The notes: generated from the sequence alone by a model not told the origin. DNA of 61,748 bases, filler included, from Choristocarpus tenellus KU-1152 (GCA_964200185.2; 10 parts of 10 records of this genome joined end to end with filler, not necessarily neighbours in it); one strand, 5' to 3'. Counted from the first letter of the whole stretch, positions 38,880-52,194 are shown. Translations and numbers: made by a program.

Positions 38880-41420
38880 GATGATCGATGGTGAACCTGC
38901 TCCGTATGATTTTCTTGGGAACTAGGAGTGATACAAAGAACCCCACAACCATCTATTATTTTTCTTGTAACAGTATTCTTATTAATTGGAAGAGATCGTG
39001 TAACTGTCAAAAGTAGTAATATTCTAAATATATTGAATGCGACCAACTCAAGTATTACTATGATTGCGTATTGGAGGGGTCTAACAAGTGGCGATGAGGA
39101 TGGCGCTTGTTGATGCGTAGATCCGAGACCCATCGCGTTCATTATTTTGTCAATCGTTGTCTTCAGTAAATGGAAAGAAATCTTCGTACCTTCTACACAC
39201 AATCCCATTATAACTATAGTCTTTTTTCATAGAAATTTGTTTTCGTTTATATAAAGTCCAAGTGACAATCACTATGGATTACACGTCTGTACTATCCTGT
39301 CGCTATACCACAAAAATACCATAAAATCGAAGAACCAAGAATGAGACAATAAGGTTCATTTCTTGACTAACACTGACCTAGTTCCAATAATATGAGATTT
39401 GAGAGAGGAATCGAAGGGATAGTAGAACCCAAAAAGTGAGAAGGAAGGAATAAAGAGAGGCAGCACAACTATTCGTAGTGCAACATGTAGATATTGTAGT
39501 ACTCCGGAGTATTTTTTTATATGACGAGTACTGCATCATATCGCTTGTGCCTCTAAGTATGTGACAGGGCACGAGCATCACATCATGATGTTGCGGAGTG
39601 AAATCTGTACTTTGAGAATAATTTGGCAGCTTGCAGTTCAATACAGCTTCTGAAAATTCGACTTTTCATATTATAGTCGATGTTCTCATCGTCTGTCGAT
39701 TGTAGTCGGTCTTTAGTCTTACTTGACTTGAGACCAACCGTACCCATATCAAATAGCCTGACAACCTTCCATCTTTGTTGGTTCTCACGTATTAACATGT
39801 AAGTAAGGCACCGTGATCGAGCCTCGCCATGAACCTACGGACTTGTGGATTGGAGTTACATACCCCAACAAGGTGAGCTACTGGGACCGGTCTAAACCTT
39901 GAACTGCGTGAATAGTTGTTGGTTCCCATTAAGTACTCTGTGTAAAGGCTTGGAGCCTCTTGTAGGTGAAGAGGTGACCCAGTGAACTGAACAATAGATA
40001 GAATTCAATGTGATAGATCTTACAACATGTTCTATGAAGAAGCTGATTGAATAGCTCAGAGTAGAGCACTATATAGTGCTGCGGTCCAGGACAGTGATGC
40101 ACGGTCTGACTAGAGGTTTATTACCTTGTGGAGAAGGTTGTGAATGTATTAACCCTGAATGGATATCATCCAGTTGAGCCAAACATACTGAAAGGTTGGA
40201 AGGGTTATATTTCAAGGATCTCAAGGGCAAATAATTGTAGAAAGAGCCTTTGCCTAATGGCGGTGTCACTTTATGTGTGGAAAGGACTATTATTTTGCAT
40301 ACACTATTGTGCACATTGAAGCAATGAAACCGAGTGTTTTGCACAGGGTTAGAAATGTGGCTTAGAATGCAACAGGAATAAATCCTGCCCACTTCTCGAC
40401 TGGTTTCGCTCAGTTGTGTGTTGAAGTACGCTTATATCAGAGTGAATTCGAAGTCTGAGGAGGGGGCGATGCCTTAACTATATCGTACATGGGTTATTTG
40501 TTCTGTGAGAACAAAGATCTGGCTTATTAGTAAATGCAAGTAACTTAGCTACTGACTGTTGCTGTGGGTTTATATAGTTGGTGAGTCTGTGTAACAAATA
40601 GTCTTGGTTTGTAATGCACCTGTCATAATGCTATTTTCTCCTGTTTTAAGAAATTAAACAATACGGAGAAAATACCAATTGACTATGGGACAATATTTTA
40701 CTAATATAATAATACGTGCTTATCAAATACGTATCATTAGTTCAGGGTTCTATCTCTGTACCGTTGTTGGTTTCAGAAGGGCTTATAATTTTTTTACAAA
40801 GTCGGATGCCGGGTTAAATAGGGAAAAAATGGAATCCAAAGTAGCAACTACCGGCTCGGAACTACAAGATAAACACAAAGATACTACTGCTGAAAATAAT
40901 GTGGAATATAAATCTGTAAAACATGCCAATGAGCTTTTAGAAAGCGGTTTAACTAGTATCTGAACGAAAAGGCTTCAACAATAGTTATTAATTGGGTAGT
41001 AGGTTATATACCAGCAATTCCAAATATGGACCGTCATGGCCAGGTAAACGATTTTTGTATAGGTTTTGCTGTTAATNNNNNNNNNNNNNNNNNNNNNNNN
41101 NNNNNNNNNNNNNNNNNNNNTTAATTAATTAANNNNNNNNNNNNNNNNNNNNNNNNNNNNNNNNNNNNNNNNNNNNTGTCGTCCTTATCTTCCCATCTAC
41201 CTATTCCTGTGCCTGTTTATTGTTAATATTTTGGAGTGGTTTGGTTGAAGAATGAATATAATCCCGTACCTATCCCGTGAAATTTACCTACAATCACATC
41301 ACACGAGCAATGCTCGCAGAGTGGTTTGATTTCCAAGATGCACGAGCAGGAAAGAAACCAACAAATGATATAGGATTGTAGTGTGTTCATGCCAAGACAA
41401 CGACTTGTACAGGGTGTCAG

Positions 41421-42580
41421 ATGGTGGTCATTGGTCCACCACGCGCCATAAACCGTGAAGCTGTACACCTGTACCGTGATATTTTGAGGGCAACTCGGCT
41501 CTTCCACTGGTGCAATGAGAAAGGGGAGCCCTGGTGAGACAATTCAGGGTCAACCTCATTTTCTTGTCGACCCCAGTTTCTGGGTAATGTTGTAATAGCT
41601 AGTATTCCCAGGATATTGTTAATACTTGCCTGCCTGAGTGCAAAGAGTAAATATTACCTTGTGATAAGTTTTCCTATGTCCTTTCCCCTAGGTTAATCTT
41701 GAAGAGAGAGTTGTGCGGGGTACTGGTCGTGTTAGTGGAAACTCAGGTTCCTCGTTTTAAGTCATTTTTTCAAATGGGCAATCTCCCAACCACACTTGCA
41801 TTGACTGTCAGGAATCGGATCTTGCGAGAGAGCTCGAGGAAAGAATTCGAGCAAGCACGATATGAGAGAGTGAGTTTCGACTCCTCCGTATTTCTAATCC
41901 AAACCTTCTGTTCTAGTCAGGGTTGGAATTACAACTGAGATGCATGGCAAGTCAAGTTAGATAGACTCAGAAGTGAGACGAGTGACATCAACACACTAGA
42001 TTCTGCGAACCTCGTGACCCCAGAAGTTTTGCACTGTGATGAGGCCGATTATATTTGCGTATAATTGCAATGCTGACTAATCTTCGTTCTATTGATCCCC
42101 ACTATATCCTTGAATGTCTCAGGATCCGCTTGTGGTGGCTAGACTGTTGGTGGTCGGAAGGCAATGTCTCAACGATACAGTTCGTGGGGTAAGAGCAAGT
42201 GAACAGTTCACCAATGAATTTTACGAGTACTTGCCCCTGACTTCCATTAACCTGATTTCCCTGAACAATCTTCATCGCATCCAACAGCCATTTGCATCAA
42301 GTAACAATCCGTTATTGTTCGAGAGGAAAGTGATGAATGTCAAGAAAGCGCACACCTTGCAACCCTGTCGGCAGACACAGTGATTCTTTTGCCACGCAAT
42401 TGACCTTGAAGGAAACTATTGTCCTGCTGCAATCCCAACCCCTCTATTCCCCTGTTTCCTTCCAGCCTCCACTTCATCTCTGCCCAACCTCCCGCCAAAC
42501 CTCGGTGTCCCCCCCCTGTTCAGCTCGAGAAGACAGAAAGGAGAATAGCGGACAAGATCAAAGAAACGCGTACACGATAA
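41421..42580 (+). CDS. LYR-motif (Complex1_LYR family) small protein
   Basis: Exons 41421-41533, 41812-41869, 42123-42188 and 42524-42580 give MVVIGPPRAINREAVHLYRDILRATRLFHWCNEKGEPWNRILRESSRKEFEQARYERDPLVVARLLVVGRQCLNDTVRGLEKTERRIADKIKETRTR*. The LYR and R.EF motifs are present. The ATG follows an AG, so an upstream exon is possible. Confidence 0.85.
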
Positions 42581-42849
42581 GAAGGCAGGCAGGTGTTCCT
42601 GCTCTCGCCTGCCAATTTGCCACCCCCACACACCCACAATCGTCATTCCGCAAGTCGAGTTTGTAACTCTTGTTGAAGTGACTATTTTTGTGCTTCATAG
42701 ATTTTTAAAATATATATTTGTGTGTGTTAAACCCAGACTTAACCCTAACCCCCGCAATAATGCCCTGTTAAGAGTAGTTTAAACACAAATTGCAAACCCT
42801 ACACAACCCACCGATATCAGAGTGCACATCACTCTGTAACCAGTGGCTG

Positions 42850-43900
42850 GGCACTTCCCTTGCTGAATCAGCCCCTAGTCAGATTTACAGTGAGTGGTAA
42901 AAGATAATGGTGTTTTTGATGTATGGGACACAGGTGGAGGGAAGCAGCAGTCAGATTTGATGTGATGGTACCCCATATAGAGTGGGCTCTCCACGGATAT
43001 ACTTTGGCCTTTGTTGACCCTTGTGCCATAATTGGTTTGTAGTGTACCTAGTATTATGGATGCAGGCTAGAAAGAGGAAATAATAGCAGGCCAATTTTGT
43101 GTGTGAACCTTCGACCCACTTGACTATTGCTATGACGTAGTGTGGAAGGAAGGGTCCTTGGCTTGGTCAGATGGTGTCAGAGAGAGATTGTTATGCCTCC
43201 TCTTGCTGTGTTGTAGTCAAACTGTGGGCCCTGATTCAGTCCCCCCAATAGCCTACCCATTGAGGATGACCTGGTGACGATTGTGATGTGATAAACTGAG
43301 CATGAGATCGTTTGGGTTTGATGGGTTTTTTGTTGGTAACTTTTTTGTGCTTGTATTGTTACAAGATTTCCTGATGCGTCCAACAAGACTTTTGGGATAT
43401 GTGCAGGAAAGTGGCGGATGTTGTACTTTCCCCTCTCTTCATCCTATTCCATGTGCACAAACCTCCTTGCTGCAGTAAAGTGCCTTTTAGGCTCATCTCC
43501 AAATGGGATAATGAGCATGCTTGCACACCATACATCAGATGGTAGTGTGTGGTACATAGAGCATCAGCCATGGTTCTTGGAATGTGCATGTACTACGACA
43601 AAATTGAGTCCTGCGAACTGGATTCCTCCTTTCATGTATAATGGAAAAGTTGGGTTGTGGTTGATGCCTTGACAAGAGTTTTTTTTTTTTTTTCGCTTTG
43701 TAGAGTATGCAGGAGTCCATGAGGGGTAGTGGACCCTCAATGCAGTATCCGAAATGGAAGGACAATGTATGGCGCAAACCAGTTGCATGACCATACACGT
43801 GATGCAACAATAGAAGCAAAATAATACTAATATGCTGTACATATCCTCTACCATTAGCTGATTCGGGTACTTACTATTATTGTCTTCAAATCAGCGTGGG
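42850..43900 (-). mobile_element. Possible very old retroelement pol remnant
   Basis: Fragmented coding-like sequence with only weak RT/RNase H resemblance and no intact motif. Confidence 0.25.
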
Positions 43901-44319
43901 ATTTCCCAACCTGTGGTATATGGCGCTACCACTGCGCTTCTTTTCATACTAGGTTCTACGTTTTGCACTGTGTTCAACTGTGCTGCCTCTGTTTCTGCCT
44001 TGTCTCTCAAACATTGGTTTCAGCACTCCTATTGCTCATCGGGTGGTCTCCTCCCCCGAATCTCGTGGCGGACTCACCTTACCACTTGTTCTTGGCCAGG
44101 CGTTTTTATGATAAAGCCCCCCCCCCCCCCCCCCCCCCACACGCAAATATAANNNNNNNNNNNNNNNNNNNNNNNNNNNNNNNNNNNNNNNNNNNNTTAA
44201 TTAATTAANNNNNNNNNNNNNNNNNNNNNNNNNNNNNNNNNNNNNNNNNNNNAATGCAGGGAGCGGGAGTGGTTTTCTTTTGCTGACATTATTTTTGTCT
44301 GAGCGGCCCGACGCATCTT

Positions 44320-44499
44320 GCCCCAAAATTCCTGGGGGGGGGGGGGATCTGCACCAGGGTGTCCATTTGGGGCATAGCGAGGAAAAGTGCTCTTACATCA
44401 TCCATCCAACGTATGCAACCAAATCACCCAAGAATCGCGTCATGAAAAAATTGTCCCCAAATGGACAGCCGCCACTCCCCCCCCCAGATACTTTGAGTC
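44320..44499 (-). mobile_element. MITE family B (about 180 bp, poly-G/C-lined TIRs), near-complete copy
   Basis: Ends in CCCCCAGATACTTTGAGTC. The other end is degenerate (GCCCCAAAATTCCTGGGG). Its interior is shared with the copies at 23640-23821, 51144-51303 and 51404-51499, and it carries inverted GTCCATTTGGG/CCCAAATGGAC subterminal motifs like family A. Confidence 0.75.
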
Positions 44500-44860
44500 A
44501 CCTGCTCTAGTTCCATTGTAATTGGAATCGGTTTGAAGGAGAAAGTGTGTACAACCACATATGGTGGGTATACACACCATACACATAATAAGGATTTTAT
44601 ATTTTCTTAGTACACTCCTCGATTTTTTCACTTTCTACGTGTGAAGGGGGAAGACAAACAGAAGAAAAAGAATTGTGGTCATCGTTCAAGGTTTTCACCA
44701 AATTAGTAAAGATTATTTTGTTTTGTTTCCTTTTAAATACTGATATACATCAAATGAGTACGTAATGCATTAATATTTTCAACCCTTTCGTACCATCAGT
44801 GATTGTCCTAGATAAAACAAGTGGAAGTCTTAGTTATATACTTCGAAGTATGTGATACTT

Positions 44861-45118
44861 GAGTCAAAGTATCTTAGAGGGAAGAGGGGCGTCCATTTGG
44901 GGACCAAGAACCAATGTTGCTATTTTTATGTAATTTTGGCTATAGTGTTTGTTAGAAAGTGTCAATATCCTTGTTCCGGACACACTTTTTCATAACGTAC
45001 ACATATTACCTACTCATACACATTTTTGAGTAGGAAAATGTCAACAAAACACCTATGGGAAGCCCAGCCCCAAATGGACAAACAGGGCAAACTCGTACCC
45101 TATAAGATACTTTCACTC
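44861..45118 (+). mobile_element. MITE family A copy
   Basis: TIRs GAGTCAAAGTATCTTAGAGGG and CCCTATAAGATACTTTCACTC, with TSD ACTT/ACTT. Confidence 0.88.
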
Positions 45119-46479
45119 ACTTATTAGTAAGTGGGTCAAAGTATCTGGGGGGCGGGGGGCGGCATCCGTTTTTCACCCTTTTTTCGATTTTCACTTTTTG
45201 GTGTGATTTGGTCGCACGTGTCAGCAATAAAAAAGAAGACTGTTGGTTAGGTTACTTTCTGTCCTTGCGTACGCAAGAGGAATGGGAATATATGCCACCA
45301 TTTATTTGGGTTTGGTGAGGAGTTTCGATGTTTGCATATGTCGGATTTCGAGTCTGTTCAAACTGGATTTTTGGTTGGTGTATGTTGGTCGTATAGTTAG
45401 GATGAAGAATAAGAGATGTGGGTTAGGTTGTTCCAGGGCTGGATATTGGTTTGTTTGGTTGCATGAGTGGGATTTTGGTTAGCACATAAAGAGGGCTGTC
45501 GGTTAGGGTGTGTTTTCCCACTGTTAGGATGAGGAATTGAAAAAAAGTCTATGGGCTGTTGCAAGGTTGTTTTTTCGATTATTTGCTTGCATGAGTCGTG
45601 TCTGGTATGAACAAAAGAGGACTGTCAGTTAGGGTCTGTTCTCCCTGTGTGTGCTCGAGGAACCAAAACATATATCATGTACAGTTTAATTGTAATACTT
45701 CGTTTATTTGCGTGCATGTGTCGGGTTTAGTATGTAAACAGACTTGGTTGTCGCTGAGGGTGTTAGGGTTCACGTTGTTGGTATGAAGAAAGGGAGAAAA
45801 GGGTCAGGTTTGTTTTCGGGTTGGTGTATTATACCTCTCATGTAATGTGTGGACGGAATCTGGAGGTGTATACGAATGGTTATTGGTAAAGGTCTATTGT
45901 CGTACGTTCCTCTGACAGACAGTATTTCAAGGTACACTTCCAGAGGTCCTGGGTTGGTGCTGTGCTTAGGAGCATCGTGCTTGGACTTCGGTATATGATC
46001 CTCCAAGAATCAAAGGAGGACGAGATCGGTTCTAGTTTTTCGACACTTCGACAAAGCATGAGATGGTGTATAGAGTATTGAGAAGAAGGGAGGAGGTGCG
46101 TTTTAGTGTTGAAGGAATAGCGGCTTTGAGAAGGACAGGGTATCCATCGCAGGCCCTGGCGACTTGTTTGGAAAGGTTAGCTGAGAGTGTAGAAGAGTTG
46201 TTTGATGTACTATTTTAGTTGTCTAAACCTTGTAGCCGACATACTATTTTAAACAAATATTAGTACAGGTCTAATCCTCAAAGTAGGCATGATATATGAT
46301 ACGCTGACGACTCTGACTGGTAGCAATGTATCCGATACCACTGTCCAAATGCATGACTCATGGAATGGAAAGTGCATGAACATGGTAGTCGGATACCAAG
46401 GCAAGGTACACTGATGCATAAATCACCACAACCTGTAACTCTACCAGTACTTCAACAAAAAACTGAAACAACTGAAGCC

Positions 46480-47400
46480 CTAAATCAACTCATGGGCGGA
46501 CTCGAAATTGCATTCATCACCCTTCTCCCACCTCTCTGTGAGCATAGGGTATGCCTCGACAAGAAGGTGCCATAGATTTAGGCGTGTGGAGTACCTGGCA
46601 TTCGAAGGTTCGGGCCTCACGAGACCCAAGAAGATAGCCTTCCTCGCCTGGAGCGCTTCCACATGCTCGGGACGCAACGTGTTGCCTGGCTTCCCTCCAC
46701 GACCGCCGAGTTTAACCCGTGTGGGCTCGTGGACGTAGCATTCATCCCCGAAAACAATAGAAACGGCCCCTTCACTGGCCTTATTGATCCTGAACCCATG
46801 GTCGTATATGACTTGGTTGAGGATTTGAGTCTGCACTCGATACTGTGAAGAGGCAGGTTTCGTTGCCGATCGTAGGAGCTGGATAATGCATGCCTCCATG
46901 AAGGCTTCGGTGATCCCCACATTGGATGCATCGCCGGAGTCGGCCGTGTGTCCTGTGTGACGCAATCCTCATCACCATGAGATGACCTTTCGTCGTCATC
47001 GTTGTACCTCGATGTAGATGTAGGTGAAGGTGGACTTGTCGCATATCTGCCAATTTTGGCAGAAGCGAAGATGTCTGATAAGAAGCCAGGTTCGGAATGG
47101 CTGCCGTCAGGACTGCGAGGCTGTTTGGAGGACCTCATCCGTCCAGCACTTGCGTTTTTCTTAATCATCCTTCTCTTCTTCCTAATTTGGGTCACTTTCC
47201 CCTTTACCTTTCCCTTCTGGGAAGGCTTATCCCTCGGGGTTAGGGTCGGATCGGCATGGACGCCCTTCTCACTTCGCGCATCAGTATGGTCGTTGGTGTT
47301 CCCTGGCTCTTGTGACTCGTCACCACCGCTGCCCACCGAACCACCGAAGGGCGTTTGGGGACATTCTGCGGACACTCCCAACAGGCGTGGACTTCAAGTC
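46480..47400 (-). pseudogene. Frameshifted ORF of unknown function, probably transposon-borne
   Basis: A 254-aa low-complexity basic/Ser-rich ORF and a 161-aa globular-looking ORF overlap in different frames. There are no introns, and the region is GC- and CpG-richer than its flanks. Confidence 0.4.
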
Positions 47401-48859
47401 CGTGTCTGAATGCCGATCCACGTCCTCCTGTACACATTCTTCTGTACCTGACAAAGCATCACAATCGGGTCGGTCCCTATTGCCTTTCAGAGTCTTCTCG
47501 CAACATAATCTTCTGAAATGTTGTCCTTTTCCTCTTTCAATTACCTTTCACGGAATGCTTGTCTGTCGGTGTTAGTGTTGGATGCACACAGGCATGGTTC
47601 TCACTTCGCCCCTCATTATCGTGGNNNNNNNNNNNNNNNNNNNNNNNNNNNNNNNNNNNNNNNNNNNNTTAATTAATTAANNNNNNNNNNNNNNNNNNNN
47701 NNNNNNNNNNNNNNNNNNNNNNNNCAATTTGGTGGGGCCAAACCTGCTCTCCACGGTATAAGTAGCAGTTGGTGGTACCTTTTCTGCTTCTTGGTAGCAC
47801 AATTGCGAATGAAGTTTACTCAGTCACCTCATTCATTGGATGACCCTGTCCTTCCTATGTTCTAACAAATCAAATGAACCTATGCCAGCTCAGTCACCCA
47901 TCCATCTCCACATCACGGCAGTGCTTGATGTACAAATGTGTCTGACAAAATACTTTGGGCTATGCTCACACAAGGTCCTGTCTTTGGGTTCATATTCAGG
48001 TTAAGTGCTACTTTTACTTACACAGTGAGTACACAAAACCCTACCAAGAACATGGTGAACTTGTAAACAGTAAGCATCCACCAAACACATTTCCAGCAGA
48101 AGCAATGGATATGGACAGTTACATCTTGGAAAACAAAACACCTTTTCTGAGGAAAAATATTTCCACACTCTTAGAATATCTGCATCAACAAACTCAGTGC
48201 CTGTAGCCCAACTTATCCCAAACGTCACATATACAGTCCCTCTTTGTCTCCTGCACCTCTGGCTCGGCCTTGTTTCCAAGTTACGTGGTCTTTTCCCAAC
48301 AGCACTCAAGCCTCCACTTACCAGGGTAGTCAAGTCACTCGTTCCCTCCCCACCCATGCCTAGGATAGAGGCTGCGGCAGCTGCACTGCTTCTATCATCC
48401 ACTGCTTGTAAACCCCGACGCCCTTCCCATGCTGGCCAAAGCATTGGTGCCGCTGCATGATTTGGATCACCAATCTGACCCCCCACCCCCACCCCCCCAA
48501 GACCATACCACACATCAACAAAAAAAAAGAGAAAAATGTCAATATTACGAGGTTAGGGGTGAAGGGTGGTAGATTCCCAGTGTGTAGAAGGATGGTGATG
48601 AGGGGGGTAGTTGGGGGCAGGCAGAGTGGGATTGATAACGGGGGCATCATTTGTCACTCAAGAATTGAGAGGATAAGACATGGTAGGAAATGGCTCTGAG
48701 ACAGGTGCTTGGGTAGGTGAAACAGGGATGACTGGTTTGTAAGATTAGCAGTAGTATTTGCATGCACAGTGGGAGGAAGCATGTGTCTGATGTTGAGGGG
48801 AGGGGGGGGGTCTCTATCACACGATCACTGTGATACTAATATCCAGGCAAAAGGCCGGG

Positions 48860-50200
48860 TACACAGCAGGTTGGGTGGCTGTGGCACAAGGGTATACTTA
48901 GATAAGGATATATCTGAGGGTGCAAAATATAAGCACCTCTACCGACTCACCTCACCAAAATAATCAACCCTGAAATACGGTTTGATTGGCGATCATACTA
49001 CCACTTCACCTTTACCCTTGCCCCTTCCTTCTAGAAACTTCCCCTGCAATAGCTGTAGTTCTTCATATGCCCAAGGAAATACCCCACACTTGAGAAATTT
49101 TTCAGAACAGACAGATGTGCCACACCCATCTCCTACGACTCAACAATGCCTTTCACCCATAAGGAACACATAAAACACAAGATCTGCACCTTGCCAAAGC
49201 TGACCTAGTAACTGACCATAGCATCATCACTCTCGAACAAATCCCTTGCCAACGCCTCCCTCACCGACAGGAGAGCTGTCTCTCCCCCCTCCCTCCCCTG
49301 TTCTTCCTCAGACCCAGTTCCAGCAACTTCTATGCAGAATCCCTCAATCTCTCCCTCCTCTTCCTTCCTTCCAAATACCCCCCCCCATCCTGCTGCTTCC
49401 ATCTCCATCCCCCTCCAAAATCCCAGTTGAACCTGCACCAGCTCCTTGGGTGCACCTGTGGCCGTCTGCATCACCTACAATCAAGCAGCTTGACCCTGCA
49501 GGGCCCATGTCTTTCCCGCTACTGTACTGGTTTGTAGAGCTCGCTCCAGTCTCTACCATTGTGTAATAAAATCCCGCCTCTCGCCAGACCCAGCCCCAAT
49601 CTCTCCCCCCTTCTCCCTTGCCAACCCCGTGACATGACTACGTTGTCTCCTCCCTCCATCGCCAATTCCAAACTAGACTCAACAACCACAGCCTCTCCTC
49701 GCTCAATCTCATCTCTTCCCATCCCTCCTACAACCGAATCCTCGTCTCCTGCTCCAGAGCATTCATTCTCCATTCCGGAGCCTTCACAATCTGCTCCGGA
49801 ACCTCTCACGCCTTCTACAGAGCGTTTCAAAGCCACCTCTCCAGAGTTACCTTTTTCACTTACGTCACACTAATTTCCTCTCCCAACAATAGACTCCCTA
49901 ACCCGCCAGGAACATTAGACTCGTCAGCACAGTTATTGTCTACACTAACATCATTTCCCTGCGATTGCCCTAGCCTACCAGCTCTTCGAATCCCCCCCCA
50001 GACCCGTCCCAGCATGGCCAGTTTTCTTTCCCCCCTCCCCCCGTCCTCTTGGAGAGCAACATTTTCTGAAACGTTTGATCTCTCGTGTCCATCAGGAACA
50101 GAGCCTTCTTCTGACCCATTAGTGTGGGATGATGAATTCGATATGGATGAGGTAACTGTCTTGTGGTGGCTGTACATCTCCTTGATCACTTCATCCTATG
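48860..50200 (+). pseudogene. Degenerate Pro/Ser-rich ORF, likely retroelement-derived
   Basis: A chain of frameshifted P/S-rich ORFs (49246-50211) that ends at a TTAGGG tract. No diagnostic motif was seen. Confidence 0.25.
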
Positions 50201-50202
50201 TC

Positions 50203-50234
50203 AGGGGTTAGGGTTAGGGTTAGGGCTAGGGTTT
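50203..50234. repeat. Interstitial telomeric repeat, about 5 TTAGGG units
   Basis: Read directly from the sequence. Confidence 0.9.
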
Positions 50235-50459
50235 ATGGGGAAGTACATCAAACAAGAGTCACGAAACAATAATTAATGCTGCACTATAATTCGGAGGAAC
50301 CCCCCACGCCCCCCCCCCACTTCTACTACCCTATACTAGTACAATCATTACATTCCTTAAATACTAGAACAATTTTCCATGTTCTAATGTCGGTAATATA
50401 GCAAGCAGCCCTATTTGATCAATCCAACCCCAGCAGCTAACAAACTACAAACTAAGTAC

Positions 50460-51143
50460 AAGTATACCCAACCAAGAGCCCGACGTGTCAACATATTTTC
50501 TGTATCTTTTATGTAGTAAATATATCGGAGTGCCACATGGTCAGTGAATAAATTTACACATCGACCCCAAAGATATGGACAGGAGTGGTTAATACCATGG
50601 ACACTTCTAAAAATTATTTATTGGTGGTTGAGTAATTTCGTTGTTCTCCATCAAATTTCTTGCTGAAATATGCCACAATATGAAGTGATGTGTCTGTTGG
50701 ATCAATCTGACGCTTTCTGTTTGTTTGAGGAAGAAAACCACCACTACCCAAGTTTGAAGCATCCACGTAAGTGTACCACACAAGAATTTGAAAAATTAGG
50801 ATAGTGTAAGAGAGGAGGTTAATACCGTTTTAATTTCTTCCAAGTGCGGTATCGTGAACTGATGCCATGCTTTTCTTTGCTCACCGGAAAGACGTGCTAA
50901 GAATTTATTACGTGTAAATTTTAGTAGGGTTTCTGTTAAGTCTGTATATAATGTGGGATGATCTTTCGACAAAATTTGGACATGCCAAGGATAGAACGAA
51001 TATACTTGATTGTTCCAGGGGTGGTAGGTCAACAATAGCTTGAATTCGAGCCTTTCCAAGACGCACCCCTGCACTAGAGAAACAATATGAACCAGGTATA
51101 CAACTTGTGCTGGGCTAAGCTTCAGTTTAGAAGGTTTTAAACT
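50460..51143 (-). mobile_element. Decayed Ty3/gypsy pol (RT C-terminus and RNase H)
   Basis: LKPSK...VVYLVHIVS, IKTVLTS, YVDASNLGSGGFL and HSCPYLWGRCVNLFTDHVALRYI are gypsy RT-thumb and RNase H motifs, broken by stops and frameshifts. Confidence 0.75.
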
Positions 51144-51303
51144 GGCACAAAGTATCTGGGGGTGTGTGGCGGCTGTCCATTTGGGGTCATCTTTTTCTAG
51201 TCGCGATTTTTGGGTGATTTGGTTGCATACATCGGATGGATAATGCCGATACACTTTTCCTGATTTTGGCCCAAATGGACACCCTGGTGTAGATCACCCC
51301 CAC
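51144..51303 (+). mobile_element. MITE family B copy, interrupting the gypsy remnant and cut by the contig end
   Basis: GGCACAAAGTATCTGGGGG...GTCCATTTGGGG...CCCAAATGGACACCCTGGTGTAGA. Confidence 0.75.
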
Positions 51304-51403
51304 NNNNNNNNNNNNNNNNNNNNNNNNNNNNNNNNNNNNNNNNNNNNTTAATTAATTAANNNNNNNNNNNNNNNNNNNNNNNNNNNNNNNNNNNNNNNNN
51401 NNN

Positions 51404-51499
51404 TTCATCCGACGTATGCAACCAAAACACCCTAAAATCGCGACATAAAAAAATTTACCCCAAATTGACAGCGGCTACCCCCCCCAGATACTACGAGTC
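51404..51499 (-). mobile_element. MITE family B partial copy, abutting the copia remnant
   Basis: CATCCGACGTATGCAACCAAA...CCCCCAGATACTACGAGTC. Confidence 0.7.
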
Positions 51500-52090
51500 T
51501 GTTGGCCGTCATTTGCATGCTCCGAGCCAAGCATATTGAGGAGCTGTGACCCAGGTCCTCAAGTACCTCAATGGGACGCGAGAGGTGGAGCTAACCTACC
51601 AGAAAGGCACAGGATTGCTTTTAATGACCTACGCTGATGCGGATTTTGCCAATGAGTCCTTTGACAGATGTTTTGTATCGGGGGGGGGCAGTGATGAGGG
51701 GGGGAGCAGCAGTTGCTTGCCTTTCCTGGACCCAACGTGTCATAGCAACGGCGACTGCAGAAGAAAAATACATAGCCATGATGGACTGTGTGAAGGAGTT
51801 GTTTTTGCGAGGTGTTGGAGTTCTTGCAACCTGATAGGACTGGATCATGTTATGTAGTGTATGAGGATAACACAGGAGCCATCCATTTGGCTATCAATCC
51901 TTTGAGTCTGCCAGAACTAAGCACATAGATGTGCGACATCATTTCCTAAGGGACTAGGTAGCCAATGGACAAATAAGGATTGTTCATGTTACCTCAGATG
52001 AGCAACATGCAGATGTGTTGACCAAGCCTTTAGTAGAAGTTTTGTTTTGGAGGCATGCAGGGACTTTGCTAAATTTAGACTATGTTTAAT
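51500..52090 (+). mobile_element. Decayed Ty1/copia pol C-terminus (RT end and RNase H)
   Basis: VLKYLNGT...YADADFA...DR..VSG, TQRVIATATAEEKYIAM, YEDNTGAI.LA.NP, RTKHIDVRHHFLR and EQHADVLTKPL, with frameshifts. A purine run AGGGAGGG followed by TG near 52513-52522 may be the PPT and LTR start. Confidence 0.88.
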
Positions 52091-52194
52091 GTTTTGTTTC
52101 TTGCTGAATTTGAATTTCTTTATATTTGTGTGGATTTATTGTTTTCAGTGAGTTCAATACCTGGTTGTTTTCTTGTCATACAGAATTGACCTGA

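Noticed and set aside
39829-40200. Possible plus-strand gene divergent from KCTD (donor AAG|GTGAGC at about 39872)
   Set aside because: I could not assemble a consistent frame or a recognisable protein, so I left it uncalled.
50796-51254. 152-aa ORF as a real gene
   Set aside because: It is a chimera of MITE B sequence and decayed gypsy RT.
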